Source: Felis catus
Taxonomy: Eukaryota
Direction: 5' to 3'
Length of the DNA: 64,000 nt
NCBI RefSeq assembly: GCF_018350175.1
Contig: NC_058368.1
Location: 215,266,001-215,330,000, forward strand
Numbering within the stretch: position 1 is the first letter of the stretch; each line of letters opens with the position of its first letter. Positions 38,850 to 52,258 of the stretch are shown in pieces. The notes under the pieces are model-generated. The model had not been told where the DNA came from and did no database searches. It saw only the letters and a program-made list of their open reading frames with translations. The position numbers and the translations under genes are program-made.

Positions 38850-39979
38850 AAGAGATGGTTGGAGAGACAACAGCTAGACAAAGGCCAAACTGTTACAAGT
38901 TCTAGGTTGACGAAATGCACACTATTCAGCACTCTGTGTGGTTGCACACTGCCTGGCTGGTAAGCGGCGTGGATACGAATTGAATCAAGGCCACCCTTCC
39001 TGCTGTGCTTTGTGCTCCGGACACAGAGGTGACTGTACTGATGTGCCAGTAGAAAGATGGAAAATAGGCTGAGCTCTAGTGGAAGGTCTAGAAAATGAGT
39101 GAGAATACTAGGAACATTGTATCATAGCATAATTATAAAACTGAATCGATTCCCAGACAAAAGGGCAAATACTAAACTCTCAAGTTAAAACCAGTGTCAT
39201 GGCTTTCTTAGTGAAGCTAGTTCCACATGCACAGTTCCCAACAGAAGAAAGTGAACCCATCATTGTGGGAAGAAGCAAGGTTGGCATTTGAGAAATTTGG
39301 GCCAAGGCTAGGTCCTAGAAGAGTGAAGTAATATCTATCAATATCACAGATAATACATTGTGAACAATCCTCTCAATGAAACAACTAAGTTACTCTCTAT
39401 ATAACATACACATATGCGTGTAAACACACACAAGGCATACACACACACACACACACACAGAGGCACAGATACAACGTTACACTAGCGTGGCATAAATCAT
39501 AAAGTAGAGAATTCACAGACCAAAACCAAAGGGAAGGCAGGCACCATAGAGTTATGACAGCCTAGCCAACTTTCAAAAACCTGTTTTCTAACTGAATCGT
39601 GGAGACCAGGAACTATCATTTGATGACACACAGGGTTGAAGGGCAGAAGATAAAACTTAGGACTGAAGAAGAAGAGAGGCTTAAGCTAGGGCCACAAGAA
39701 ACACAGCCTATATGCAAGAGTGGACAAGAAATTATTCTCACCATGCAAAAGAGTAGAGTAAGATTTGTCTTCCCTGAAGTGATCAATGATAGGATAGGGA
39801 GAGAAATTCTGTTCAGAAAATTTAAAATCGTAAGTGAGCCCTCAGTATTTTATTGGATGTTTTTCATGTTGCTAATTTCTAGGAGTCTTCTTCTTTATAT
39901 TGAGGATTTTTCTTCTTTTATAAAAGTAACATCTTAAATTTGCAGATACCAATTAGATTGTCTTAAAGTACTCACCACA

Positions 39980-40185
39980 GGGGCACCTGGGTGGCTCAGT
40001 CGGTTGAGTATCTGAGCATCTGACTTAGGCTCGGATCATGACCTCGTGGTTTGTGAGTGCGAGCCCCACATCAGGTTCTGTGCTGACAGCCAGACCCTGG
40101 AGCCTGCTTCAGATTCTGTGTCTCCTTCTCTCTCTGCCCCTCCCCAGCTCATACTCTGCCTATCTCTCTAAAAATAAATTAACAC
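39980..40185 (+). mobile_element. CanSINE with very short tail
   Basis: Head ggggcacctgggtggctcagtcgg; TSD taaagtactcaccaca / taaagcgctcaccaca. Confidence 0.96.
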
Positions 40186-40229
40186 TAAAGCGCTCACCAC
40201 AGCTAGTTTACTTGCTACATGGTGAGGAT

Positions 40230-40670
40230 AGATAATAACAACAGATAACAATAGATAATTCCCCCCCCCCCCCCCCCCCGTGATGGAAAGCTTCCCATAC
40301 TGGATAGGTGAGATCATAGCCATTCTTCAGTTGGGTAAACTGACAGACAGGGAGAGGAGGACATAGGGCACCATGCAGGGTGCCTGGGAACCAGGATCTC
40401 TGTGAGGCAGTGTTTGTAGGAGAGAGGAAAAGGTGGACCCTGGTATCCATGGGAGTATGTGATTGACTTGTTCGAATAATTACACTGGCTGGTAGGGAAC
40501 TGAAACATGCTACTCAAATATCAGCAGGAACTGGCCTGGTTTCCTCAATAAGGAAGACTTTTTGGCTCTGGCGCCTTATCAGTGAGAGGAGAGAGGGGAG
40601 GGAAATGGTGGGTAAGCCATTCCAGGTCCTCTCCATTCGTGAGATATCAAGAGAACACAAAATATTGCAC
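40230..40670 (-). mobile_element. ERVL-type LTR (MER74/MER73-like) with a C19 run at 40261-40279
   Basis: gcaggaactggcctggtttcctcaataaggaag...ccttatcagtgagaggagagaggggagggaaat...agatatcaagagaacaca. Confidence 0.55.
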
Positions 40671-40968
40671 CTTAATGTTAGGATTTATACTATGAATTCC
40701 AACAGAACATATAAAGTATGAGGAAAATTTGAATGAATGAATGAATGAATGAATAAAAGACAGCAAAGCTCTGCCTGATATTGTTGGAGAGAAATTTAAA
40801 AGGAGACAGTAAGAAGATTCACTTATATATTTTGCAATTTCATTGTTTATATCTAAATAAAGCTGAAATAAAAATATAAAGTAATGAAAAAAAGATTCTT
40901 TAAAGCCTGATTGATTTCTTTTAGTGTTTAAAACAAGTAAAGGCAAAAAAAAATTAAAAAAGAATAAA

Positions 40969-41195
40969 GGGGCGCCTGTGTGGCTCAGTCAGTTAAGTGT
41001 CTGACTTCAGCTCAGGTCATGATCTCACAGTTCGTGGGTTCAAGCCCCGCATCGGGCTCTGTGCTGACAGCTCAGAGCCTGGAGCCTGGAGCCTGTTTCA
41101 GATTCTGTGTCTCCCTCTGTCTCTGCCCCTCCCCCACTCACACTCTGTCTCCCTCTGTCTCAAAAATAAATAAACATTAAAAAATTTTTTTTAAA
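40969..41195 (+). mobile_element. CanSINE
   Basis: Head ggggcgcctgtgtggctcagtcagttaag; extra ggagcct unit; A-rich tail. Confidence 0.97.
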
Positions 41196-41760
41196 TAAAA
41201 CTAGTAAGGGCAAATAAAGCTTATTTGACTTGAGAAAAATAATGATTAGAACACCTATTAAAATAATATTTAAATCTCTATTCCCATGTATTTATTATTT
41301 TGTAAAATATCCATTGTAAACTCATAATATTTTAATTAACACACTGTGTATATGTATTTGGAAATCTGTATCACTAGAATTAGATTGAGACAGAGATATA
41401 GATAACATTCCTTTCCTATGAATGTTGCTGGTAAGCATGCCCATAATTACCTTTTAAGTTCAAAGATTATGCAGTGTTTTTTACAGAATTTATGCAATGC
41501 AGATTGCACACACACACACACACATTCACACGTTCGTTTACTGAACAAGTTTATGCAACATTCAGTAAATATTTTTGAATAATATGCCCTGAACTGTTCT
41601 AGTCCTCAAGAGGAAGATAGGCACACTCTCAGTATGCTCATGACACAGGGAGGGGACAGACATGTATATGCTGAAACTTAACAGAACCTTTATATGAGAC
41701 TAAACATGATCCAAGTGTTGTATGTGTGAAAGATGAAAACACTTGTAGTTAAAACTAGTA

Positions 41761-41773
41761 ATATATATATGGG

Positions 41774-41837
<64 letters not shown>

Positions 41838-41942
41838 TATATAGTATACTATATACTATACTGCATACTATATATATGCTACATGTATACTACACATACT
41901 AGTACATATATACTGTATATATATATATATGTGTACATATAT
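41761..41942. repeat. Complex (TA)n/(TG)n microsatellite
   Basis: Directly visible. Confidence 0.9.
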
Positions 41943-43331
41943 GGAAATATTAAATTGTTATTAAAATACAATAACCCAAAAGCTATTCAATGGCTTCTAG
42001 AGCTAGAGTTTCGTATTACTAGTAAGGTTTCATGTTCATACTTTGGTATTGTTTATAATTATTAAAACTATATAGGCAATATGACAATTTTCAGAAACTC
42101 ATTTAGAGTAATTCAATTAAGCACATCTTGACTAATATTTTACCAAATAGAATCTCCATATACAAAAACGTAACTTAGCTTTGTGGAAATTATTGTATAT
42201 TTTGTTTTGTATGTTTTGGTTAGGAATTTTTTTTCTCCGTATTTAAACCATGCCATTTTTTCATGCCATTCCACATATATCTTTCTCATTCTTTCTAATT
42301 GCTGCATACTCTTTTGTAGTTTGATGTATTATACTTTATCTAGTCCTTTCAAATGTGGTGGTTATTTAGGTAGCTCCTGTATATTTATATTTAAAAGCAG
42401 GGTAAAATAAAAGATTTTATCTGAATCTTTGTGCCTTACCTGCAGACATTTCTCTAGGACAGTTAGCAAAATGAGGCATTATCAGGTTAAGTGCAATTTC
42501 TTTTTTCCAATGTCTTTTTTCCCCTTACAATTTCAGTTTTCTTTGGGATTCTTTTCTTGGTTCTTCTCTTTTTGCCTATTCTTGTTGGTGAGTGCTTTGT
42601 GACATTGTTCTTTAATATTAATAAATAGCTTGTTTAATTAATTAATTGGTAGCAAAGTGTTTTAAAATGTATGTTTTGGAGTTGCTTGCCTTAAATAAAT
42701 TATTCCTTGAAATAGAAGGCCAGCTGTGGAGAGGTACAAATGAATGAACTTTATAAAATGTCAGGCTCTTATTAAAATAGTTGAAAGGATGGGCCTGAAT
42801 TTACCTTAATTGCAGGTTTGAAATCAGACCCCAACTGCTTTCGAGACTCAGATCCATTCAAAGCCACCATTCCCCACTGCTAAGATTTAGGACAAGATGT
42901 GATGCAGCTTCATGATAAACAGTTGTAGGCTGATGGAAGAAGGAAGAAGAGCCAATAATGCTTAAATTGTATCATTTTCCATGGTGCTCAAAACAGGCTA
43001 CCTTCCAGTACATCTGATTCACTCCGTTAAGTAAATACCAAGGCCCTTAAACTCAGCAGGAATATTGTATTTCACACAATCTTATGAACCTGGTTTTCTG
43101 AGAGCTACGTGGTTTTGTTCATTACACTGAGAAAGGCCACCGGGGTGTGGTAATAAACAGAGAAAGGCATTTGCCAAATCCAAGTGGCCTCAGATTTATT
43201 TCTTGAGCTCCGGAAGCATGACCAGTGAACCAAATCAAATGATCCGTTCTTCTTTGGGCAGTACAACTGTACCAGCAAAGAGGAAAGAAAGTTCACACAC
43301 AAACAAGGAAGTCTTTGGAACAATAATTTTG

Positions 43332-43510
43332 TAGTGATTCTCAGCCTTGGCTGAACCCTGAAAACATCTGCACGACTACTTCAAAATATCAATTCCTAGG
43401 CCTCACTCTGACCTTTTGATTCAGAACCCCTGGTGGTAGGTAGGTAGCAGGTATTGGCATGTTTTATGGTTATGTGATGACTCAGTACACAGTTGGCTTG
43501 GAAATCCCTA
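43332..43510. mobile_element. hAT MITE, MER5-like
   Basis: tagtgattctcagccttggctg...cctaggcctcactctgaccttttgattcaga...ggcttggaaatcccta. Confidence 0.65.
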
Positions 43511-44074
43511 GCGGTTTGTGAATAAAGAACAAACCACCCGGCTTGGGAGACTTGGAGAATCTATAGCAAGTAATTATGGTTTTTCTCCATGCGAATAATT
43601 TAATAGGTTTCCCTTTGGAAAAATGTTGTCTTTACTGGATCGGAAGTGTGTATTTGTTCATGTACGTGTAAACACGTGCATGTGAGTGCAGGTGTGCCCT
43701 TTTTCCTGCTTATTGCGGAGAATTAAATTATAACAGTTTTTACAGTTTGTTCATACACTTGGATCCTGAGCACGTACCAAGGTAATCAATTTTTGGAAGT
43801 TTTAAGGTTTCTAGTTTTGTCCTTGGGAAAATACTTAGGGATAGGCACTCCTTCAAAACTTTTCCTCTGTGGAGGGTAAGGTAAAGGTAGCCTGGCTGAG
43901 TTTATTCAATAATATACAGTAATTCTATCATCAATGTAATAATTAAAATAGCTCTATAATTAATTACTGGAATTAGTGTCATATGGTTCACCTTTCTTTT
44001 CTGTAACTCAGAGAAACTACTGTGTATTTGCATATTCATGCATGGGACTTTTTTTCTTGGGCTTGTCTTTTCTT

Positions 44075-44300
44075 TTCTTTTTTTTTTAATTTTTTTAATG
44101 TTTTTATTTATTTTTGCGACAGAGAGAGACAGAGCATGAGCAGGGGAGGGGAAGAGAGAGAGGGAGACACAGAATCAGAAGCAGGCTTCAGGCTCTGAGC
44201 TGTCAGCACAGAGCCTGATGCGGGGCTCGAACCCACAGACTGTGAGATCATGACCTGAGCCGAAGTCGGACGCTTAACCGACTGAGCCACCCAGGCGCCC
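44075..44300 (-). mobile_element. CanSINE, low divergence
   Basis: Antisense head ...cgactgagccacccaggcgccc; perfect TSD tgggcttgtcttttctt at 44058-44074 and 44301-44317. Confidence 0.98.
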
Positions 44301-44689
44301 TGGGCTTGTCTTTTCTTATATAACACTAGCCTACTTATGCTTTTTGGTAACTCTCCAAACTTTCTAGACTGGAGATGACACTCCATCTTATATTATTTTG
44401 TCATTACTCTTATCAATGTATGCATTCACATTTTAAAATTTGTACTGTAATGTCAATAACTAGGTCCAATTCAGAAATGCATATATTTGGATCCAATATC
44501 TTGAAAGGAAAATAGTCTTATTTAATTGTGTTTAATTGATTTTAAAACATTTTTTATTAAATATGTATTAATCTAGTTGAAATGGTATGTAGTTTTAACT
44601 CATATACAAAACCATGCCAGAAATATTTTTAGAGGGCGAATATTGGCCTTATCAATGAGTGAAGTCAATTAAAAGGTGTGAAAAGTGTC

Positions 44690-46305
44690 TGAAAAAAGGT
44701 CTACAACAGACATCATACTAGATGGTGAAATGTCGAAAACCTTCCTCTTATTATGGAGAACAAGATAAGGGTGCCCAGTATTCCCACTTCTTTTCAGCAC
44801 TGTAAGGCTGGTCCTATCATTTCATAGAGACAAGGGAAAGAAATGATTTTAATTATATAATTTTAATATAAAATTCAAAAAAAAATCTAGAAATAAAATA
44901 CTAAGTTTTTTAGAGAGTGAAAAGTATAAATTCTGAGTTCATATACAAAAAATCCCAAACAATCACATTTCTATACTTCAAAAATAGCTAGAAAACAAAA
45001 CAAAACATAAAACACATTTAAAATATTACTAACAGTGCAAGATGTCTAGTAATAAATCTAAATCAAAGTTCGAGAAGGCATTTATATCAATATAAATAAT
45101 ATAAAATTCTATTTTAAAATATGGACAAACACAAATAAATGTAGATAAATCAAAATCATAGATCTCAATCTTCAAATTTATCGATAGATATGCATTAACA
45201 TGCAGTCCTTATAAAAGTTGCAATTGTTTTGAGCAGCTTGATAATCCAACTAGTTTTATATCAAGGCGCCAAGGTCAAAAATATCCATTCCTGATGAAGT
45301 ATAAGGATATCAAAAAATATATTCATTAATAATAAAAGTAATTAAAATATGATATTGAAACATTGAAAAACCGAACCACAGTACGGAAATCAAGAGGCCA
45401 GTGAATAACAGACACTTATATTTAAATTTGGTTAGAGTCTGCTTTTGGTTATTTATTACTGTATTAAAATCTATTACAATATTTGGTGGTTTAAACCAAT
45501 ACATGCTTTATTTGTTCAAAACTCTGTAGATTGATCTCATTCTTCTGGCTCACTTGGTATGGATGAAGGTACAGGAATGACTGGAAAATCATGGCTTGGA
45601 GTTGCTACTTATGGTGGATAATACCTCAACTGAGGCCTCAACAGAATCTGGTGTACCTTCATGGGAGCCTCTCTGCATAGACACTTTTGTTTTCTTACAA
45701 TATGGTGCGGGTGGGTGGTTTCTAAGAAGGTGCATTCCCAAATAAAAATGAGATCTGCAGGTCTCTTAAGGAATCAACCTCAGAATTAAACAGCATGATA
45801 TTCCACCTCATTTTGTTGTTGGAACAGCTTATAGAACCAGCTAAGATCAAAAGAGAGGGAAACTGAATTCCCCTTCTAGCAAGGTCACATCACAAAAGAA
45901 CACCTCAGTATCCTACCTATAGTTGAGAATCACTGGGGAAATAAGCTTTTTAATAAATTGTGGCGGTGCAACTGATGATTCCTTAGGGTGAGAAAGAAGA
46001 TAAAACCTTAGAACTTTTGTTCTAATTCCAAAATGAGACACCATAATGAGAGTGAAGAACAACCCATAATAGAAAATGTTTTTAAGTCATATGACCTGAC
46101 AAAGACACGTGCTACACACAGAATTACTATAAATAATTAAGAAACAGAATACAAAACAATGAGCACAAGAAAATAATAGAAATTTCGTAAGTAAAGAACG
46201 AATGGCCTATAAATATACAAAAAGATGGTCAACCTCACTGTCAATCATGTGGTTGCAAATCAAAACTATAAAGACATTCATTTTTGTACTCATGAGATTG
46301 AAAGA
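44690..46305 (+). mobile_element. Old L1M ORF2 remnant interrupted by an MLT1 LTR
   Basis: 44700-44820 resembles the RT region (ANIILNGE..AFPL..GTRQGCPLSPLLF). ORF-track MAYKYTKRWSTSLSIMWLQIKT at 46202 resembles ORF2 MANKHMKRCSTSLIIREMQIKT. Confidence 0.75.
45440..45921 (-). mobile_element. Old MaLR LTR (MLT1H-like) nested in L1
   Basis: tttggtggtttaaaccaatacatgctttatttgttcaaaactctgtag...cagcatgatattccacctcattttgttg...ccagctaagatcaaaagagaggga. Confidence 0.65.
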
Positions 46306-47339
46306 AAAAATTACTGTACATTTACCAAGATATATTTTCAAGGGGGAGGGACCTCTAAGTCCATTTTTCCTTGAGCTTTCTTCCTTTCTTCTTATTTTCC
46401 AACTGGAAGGATTTATTAGACACCATTTGATGACACCCAGAGGTTTGAATGAAGGTTGTAAAGGACATACACTAGATTTGATCTTTATTCCAAGGCTTAG
46501 TTCTAATGACATTTATAGTTCAAAGGCGCTCTGACTTGTATCTTTTCTTAGTTGCTTATTCCAAACATATACATCCTTGAATCACTGGGCCTTCTTTATT
46601 CTCTTTCATTTCTTCATCCAAATCAGGCAGTTCTTTTCTGGTAAAGAAATTTTACTCTTTCTGGTAACATTTTCTGAAATGTAATCAATTGAAATCAATG
46701 CATGCCACTAACATTCTGTTTTACAAAATCTCTTGCTAATGCTAGACTTTCATATGTATATTGTGTTAAAATTATTTTAATCAAAAATTTCCCCTTGTAA
46801 CATGGATTTTCACCTTTCCAGCTTGCAAGAACTCTTTCCTCATTGCAGTTCTTATAATTACATACATGCTTACACACACATGCACACACACACAACACAC
46901 AATGTGTGTGAAATATACATAAGTGACAAAAATTATGAAGAAAATCAAGAAAGTAATTAATAAAAAGACAGTAGCGTTATTATTTCTATGGGAGAGGAAA
47001 GGTGGTGCTATTAAGAAAAGCACACACGCTCAGATGTGTGATATATTGTCACCTGTTTGCTAAGTACATGTATTTGCAATTTTATACTGTTCTTTAAGTT
47101 GAATGGATACACCTTCATACACTTTTTGAATATATGCCATAACTTTTTTTTTGCATTTAAAAAATACTAGGTGACAGACCAGGCCACTAACATTGTTGAG
47201 AGAGGCTGACTTAAAAGACTATCGAGGTCTGGATATGTCATGTACAAGATAACTATTTGGGAAAGATTCCTATTGGTGAAGAATAGGAAGATAAATATTA
47301 TGTACAGAATATCAAAGCAGATTAAAGAATCATTGGAGA

Positions 47340-47572
47340 GGGGCACCTGGGTGGCGCAGTCGGTTAAGTGTCCGACTGCAGCCAGGTCACGATCTCACGG
47401 TCCGTGAGTTCGAGCCCCGCATCGGGCTCTGGGCTGATGGCTCGGAGCCTGGAGCCTGTTTCCGATTCTGTGTCTCCCTCTCTCTCTGCCCCTCGCCCGT
47501 TCATGCTCTGTCTCTCTCTGTCCCCCCAAAAATAAATAAACGTTGAAAAAAAAATTTAAAAAAAATAAAAAA
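47340..47572 (+). mobile_element. Young felid SINE (SINEC_Fc-type)
   Basis: gggtggcgcagtcggttaag...gccaggtcacgatctcacggtccgtgagttcgag; perfect TSD aaagaatcattggaga at 47324-47339 and 47573-47588. Confidence 0.98.
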
Positions 47573-47771
47573 AAAGAATCATTGGAGAAATCCAGAAAAT
47601 TAATAAGCAGTGGGGTCTGAACATGAATTAATAAATGGAAAACTCATTTTACTAGGGAAATATGAAGTCACTTCAAAATTTTAGCTTTTATTTTTGTCAA
47701 AATTAATGCCAGTTGATGGCTACATTGAGTGCTGAGTGCAATACAAAGGTAATACAAATATTTTATATGAT

Positions 47772-48566
47772 TGTGGTATAATAAGTATAGTTGACCTTTT
47801 TCCCAGGGACTTGACATGAAGCTCCTAAAAACACTTGGAATTTCCTGAGGGACAGGAGTCTCTTTTGTTACACTTAATGTGCCCCTTTTTGAGCACACCT
47901 GAGTTTACACTAATAAACTGACTTAGGGCAGGGCCCCTAGATAGCTTCAGAATGGGGCAGGTCACCAAAACACCAAGTGATTAAGAGATTGGACCTTTCA
48001 GCCCTACTCAGGGACTTCTGGGAGAAGGGGGAAGGGGCTACGATTAAGCTTTATAAAAACTGCTGAACAAGAGTTGACAAGCTTCCAGGTTGATGACCAT
48101 GTACACATGGTGGGAGGGTGGCCTCCCCAGTTCCTAGATGACAGAGACTCCTGTGTGGGCCACCACCCAGACCTTGCCCTGTATACTTCTTCATCTGGCT
48201 GTTCACATGTATCCTTCATCACATACTTTATACCAAAGTGGTTAACATGAGAAAATGTTTCTCTTCCTTATGTGAGCTGCTGTATCAAATTGACTGAACT
48301 TGAGGAAGTAGGTGGTGGGAGCCTCCAATTCACAGCCAATTTGTCAGAAGCACAGGTAACAATCTGAACTTAGGTTCGGCATCTGAATTGAGGGCAATTT
48401 TGTGGGACTGAACCTTTAACTTGTGGGATCAGATGCTATCTCCAGGTAGACAGTGTCAGAATGGAATTAAATTTGTAGGACATGGTGAGTCAGTGTCCAC
48501 TGAGAATTGGAGAATTGCCTGGCAGTGTAAAAAAACAAGTGCTGGAATTGTATCGTCCTGACCACA
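47772..48566 (+). mobile_element. MER21-like solo LTR
   Basis: agctcctaaaaacacttggaatttcctgag...cccctagatagcttcagaatgggg...cccagaccttgccctgtatacttcttcatctggctgttca...tccaggtagacagtgtcagaatggaattaaa. Confidence 0.85.
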
Positions 48567-48585
48567 GCAGTTAACTTACTATACG

Positions 48586-48593
48586 CACACACA

Positions 48594-48639
<46 letters not shown>

Positions 48640-48660
48640 TGCACACATATACGCACACTC
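48586..48660. repeat. (CG)n(CA)n microsatellite
   Basis: Directly visible. Confidence 0.9.
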
Positions 48661-49390
48661 ATGAGTATGCTGAACAACTCTGGAAAGCAGCGATGGGAGA
48701 TTTTGTATGTATTACTGTATTTGTGTTGTTCAGGGCATGTAGTTCTCATGAGAAGTATGATACACATACGTATAAGAGAGACACAGCTGAGGTTTTTCAT
48801 TATTATTTACTACTTTGTTTTTGTAAATGGCAGCATTCTTACAAACAGAGTGTTTACTGATATGAAGTAATTCAGTTGTCCATAAAAATAAATCTCTCAT
48901 GGTTGAGTAAACCAGTTAAAGTGTTGGTGTGAACAGACGCTTCTGAATAAGCACTGTAACTATGCCATGAGAGAGTAAGGAAGGCTGGGAATATAAATAT
49001 AATGCTAAAAATATTTCAGGAGTAGGTAAGTCAGAAGCTCTAAATCTATAATTCATCACATGAAAAAATAATTCTTCTCAGAACAGAGTAAAATTTTGTT
49101 CTGTCAAAAGCAGTTCTTGTATTCAAAGTACAACAACAGTTGTACTAAGTGGTGTCAAATATATAACATTGCCTTTATTTCCTTTACATCGTAGTTTTTG
49201 AAGCTTTGGAAAGCTTACTTGTTGCGATAGCTAGAACAAATAGAAAGACAAACGTTCGGGGATAATAAGAAAGATAATTTGTTCTCCTTTCTCTGCTATG
49301 GTCTTAGTTGCATAAAGCAATTTAAATTATTTTGATTGGTGCTGGTTGATACAAATGAATAGTAGGACAACACTAAAAGGACCAAAATTT

Positions 49391-49614
49391 GGGGTGCCTG
49401 GGTGGCTCAGTCGGTTAAGCGGCCAACTTCGGCTCAGGTCATGATCTCACGGTCCGTGGGTTTGAGCCCCGCGCCGGGCTCTGTGCTGACAGCTCAGAGC
49501 CTGGAGCCTGTTTCAGATTCTGTGTCTCCCTCTCTCTGACCCTCCCCCGCTCATGCTCTGTCTCTCTCTGTCTCAAAAATAAATAAATGTTAAAAAAAAT
49601 TAAAAAAAAATAAA
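49391..49614 (+). mobile_element. CanSINE, low divergence
   Basis: Canonical head and tail; perfect TSD taaaaggaccaaaattt at 49374-49390 and 49615-49631. Confidence 0.98.
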
Positions 49615-49631
49615 TAAAAGGACCAAAATTT

Positions 49632-50340
49632 TAAAAAGACAGAAAATACCAAATGTGGATGAGGCCATGAAACAACTGAAACTGCCAAACATAGCTGGTA
49701 GGAATATAAATTGGAACAGTTACTTTGAAAAACTCCTTAGCATCCTCTATTAATAAAGCTGAACATATACATTTTTGAGGTGTGCATACCTTTCTAGACA
49801 TAACCAACATAAATGCATGGATGTGGGAACTCAGTAACAAATTAAGCAACATAGCCTCAAACTGGAAACTGTCCAAATGTCTATTACAAGCAAGTGGATG
49901 CATTAATAATGTTCGATTCATAAAATGGAATAATACACAGGATGAAAGTAAATCACTTGCAGCTCAACAAAAACACACATGTGACTTAGCAAAACAGTCC
50001 TGAATTGGATAGAAGGTGGGCAAAGGAAACACAGCATATTAAACACACATGTGACTTAGCAAAACAATCCTGAATTGGATAGAAGGTGGGCAAAGGAAAC
50101 ACAGCATATTATTCCATTTACTGTAAGTTCAAAAGAAAGGAACATTATTCTAAGTTGTTAGCCCTCGGGGTAGTAGTTAACTCTGGGAGGGAGAGAGTAG
50201 GATCGGAGACAGAACAAGTGACCTCTGTTTCCTGGTTTAGCTATTGATTACACGGGTGAATCACTTTGTGACATGTCTTGAAACTGAATCTTACGATGAT
50301 GGCAGCTTTTTGTATGTGTGGTATTCTTTGATAAGCAATT
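49632..50340 (+). mobile_element. L1ME-like 3' portion
   Basis: aataccaaatgtggatgagg...gctggtaggaatataaattggaacagttactttgaaaaac...aactggaaactgtccaaatgtcta...attccatttactgtaagttcaaaa. Confidence 0.8.
49971..50110. repeat. 70-bp tandem duplication (2 copies, 1 mismatch)
   Basis: 49971-50040 equals 50041-50110 except g49997/a50067. Confidence 0.98.
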
Positions 50341-51027
50341 GTTGTTAACATCAGCACTAAAGAAATCAGCATTGGCATCATTTACTGATCATTTGGATTG
50401 ATACCTTAACTCACTAACACTCTATCACATAACATATTTATGTCATTGGATATCTTGAAGTATTTTTGAGTCATTTCCTTAAAATGCTGTGGGGAGAAGA
50501 TATATATCAAGCCATAGAAGTTATATGTCAAGATTGACATGTGGGACTGGTCTTCAAAATTATATAGACATTGATTTAAATATTCTACAATTTATCAGCT
50601 ACGTTACCTTGGTGGACATGATATTTTCATTAAAGTATTAATGCATGAGTTAATTTAGTTACTTCCATATAAGCAATTGCTTTAGAAAAAAATAATGTAA
50701 AGGTGATAAATATAGACCATCTCTTTGAGAAACTCATGAAACTCACAATTTGGAAAGGAAAGTTAAATAAAGATATTATAATATAATATGGTAAAATAAT
50801 ATGCAGTGCAGTTTGGAAGAACATAATGTATTTTGTAGAATAATCACTCTTGGGATGGGATGAAATGCTAACAAAGAAGAAGCACATGCTAGATGTAAAG
50901 ACACTGCTGAAGGAAGTGAAGACAGAGAACTCTGAGAATTGGGATTACAGGAGTAAAAAGAATGGCCCAGGGAACAAGGACAGGACTGTTAAGCAAAACG
51001 GGGCAGGACAGCGAATATGTGTACCTC

Positions 51028-51282
51028 TGTCTTAATCTGCTTAGTCGGCTGTAACAAAATACCTTAGGCTAGGCGGAAGGAACAACAGACATCAATTTCT
51101 TATAGTTCTGGAAACTGGGAAGTCCCAGATCAGGTGCAGGCAAGGTAGATTTCATTCTGAGGCCTCTGCTCTCAGCTTGGCTCTTACAAAGCCACCTTCT
51201 CACTCTGTGATCATATGACCTCTCTGTGCAGGTGTAGGGGAGAGATTGTGTGTGAGTGTGTGTGTGTTTGCATGTGTGTAAC

Positions 51283-51315
<33 letters not shown>

Positions 51316-51511
51316 TGGGGAGAGAGAAAGTACTCACTCTGGCGTCTCTTATAAGGACACTAACACTATTAGATGTGGGACCTGCCTTATGACCTCATTT
51401 AAACTTAATTACCTGCTTTTAGACTGTTTTCTCAATACAGTCACATTGGGGGTTAGTTCAACATATGAATTTGGGTGGGGGGTGGGGAGAGACACAATTC
51501 AGTCAATAGAA
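51028..51511 (-). mobile_element. MaLR solo LTR, MLT1A/B-like
   Basis: tgtcttaatctgcttagtcggctgtaacaaaatacc...cttatgacctcatttaaacttaattacct...tcaacatatgaatttggg...gacacaattcagtcaatag. Confidence 0.9.
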
Positions 51512-51619
51512 ATGTAAAATTTTAATGTTTGTTTTTAATTAAATTTACATAAAATCTACCAACCCCATAGAATGGTCATAAATATTTAATGACTTCATCC
51601 TTTCCTAGTCTCATTCTTT

Positions 51620-51630
51620 TTCTTTCTTTT

Positions 51631-51687
<57 letters not shown>

Positions 51688-51712
51688 ACTTCTTTGTTTC
51701 TCTTTCTCTTTC
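51620..51712. repeat. (TTTC)n microsatellite
   Basis: Directly visible. Confidence 0.9.
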
Positions 51713-52219
51713 TAACTTTCTACTTACTAAAAGGAGAGATAGATGTCATGTACGTGATAGAACCTTTAATAGTTTCTTCATGTCATGTCTTCCTAAATTG
51801 ATCTATAAATTATATGTACTTTCATTTAAGATTTCTAAAGACAAATTTGAAGATAGTACATTTAGAAAATATTTAATGACAGCCAATAAAATTTTGAAAT
51901 GGGAGAGTAATGAAAGAGCTTATTCTTCCATACATCAAAATGTATCATAAAATTATAATAATTAAAACTGGATATTCATGAAGAGATGAGTGAAACAGAA
52001 TGAGGCAGTATAAGTATAACCTTGTTTATAAAATGGGTCTCAATCTCACAATATACAAAAGTGAATTTCAAATGAATTAAATAACCAGAATTGTTTGTGT
52101 ATGTTTTACCTAACATACACACATACACACAACTAGGGATATGTATGTGTGCACATGTGTATAACTTCAAAATATCTTAAAGTGAGGAATACCATCCTAG
52201 ACAAAAATTTGTTTAATGT

Positions 52220-52231
<12 letters not shown>

Positions 52232-52258
<27 letters not shown>

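Noticed and set aside
39599..39937. 112-aa ORF in unique-looking DNA
   Set aside because: GTG start, no recognisable domain, and no splice support.
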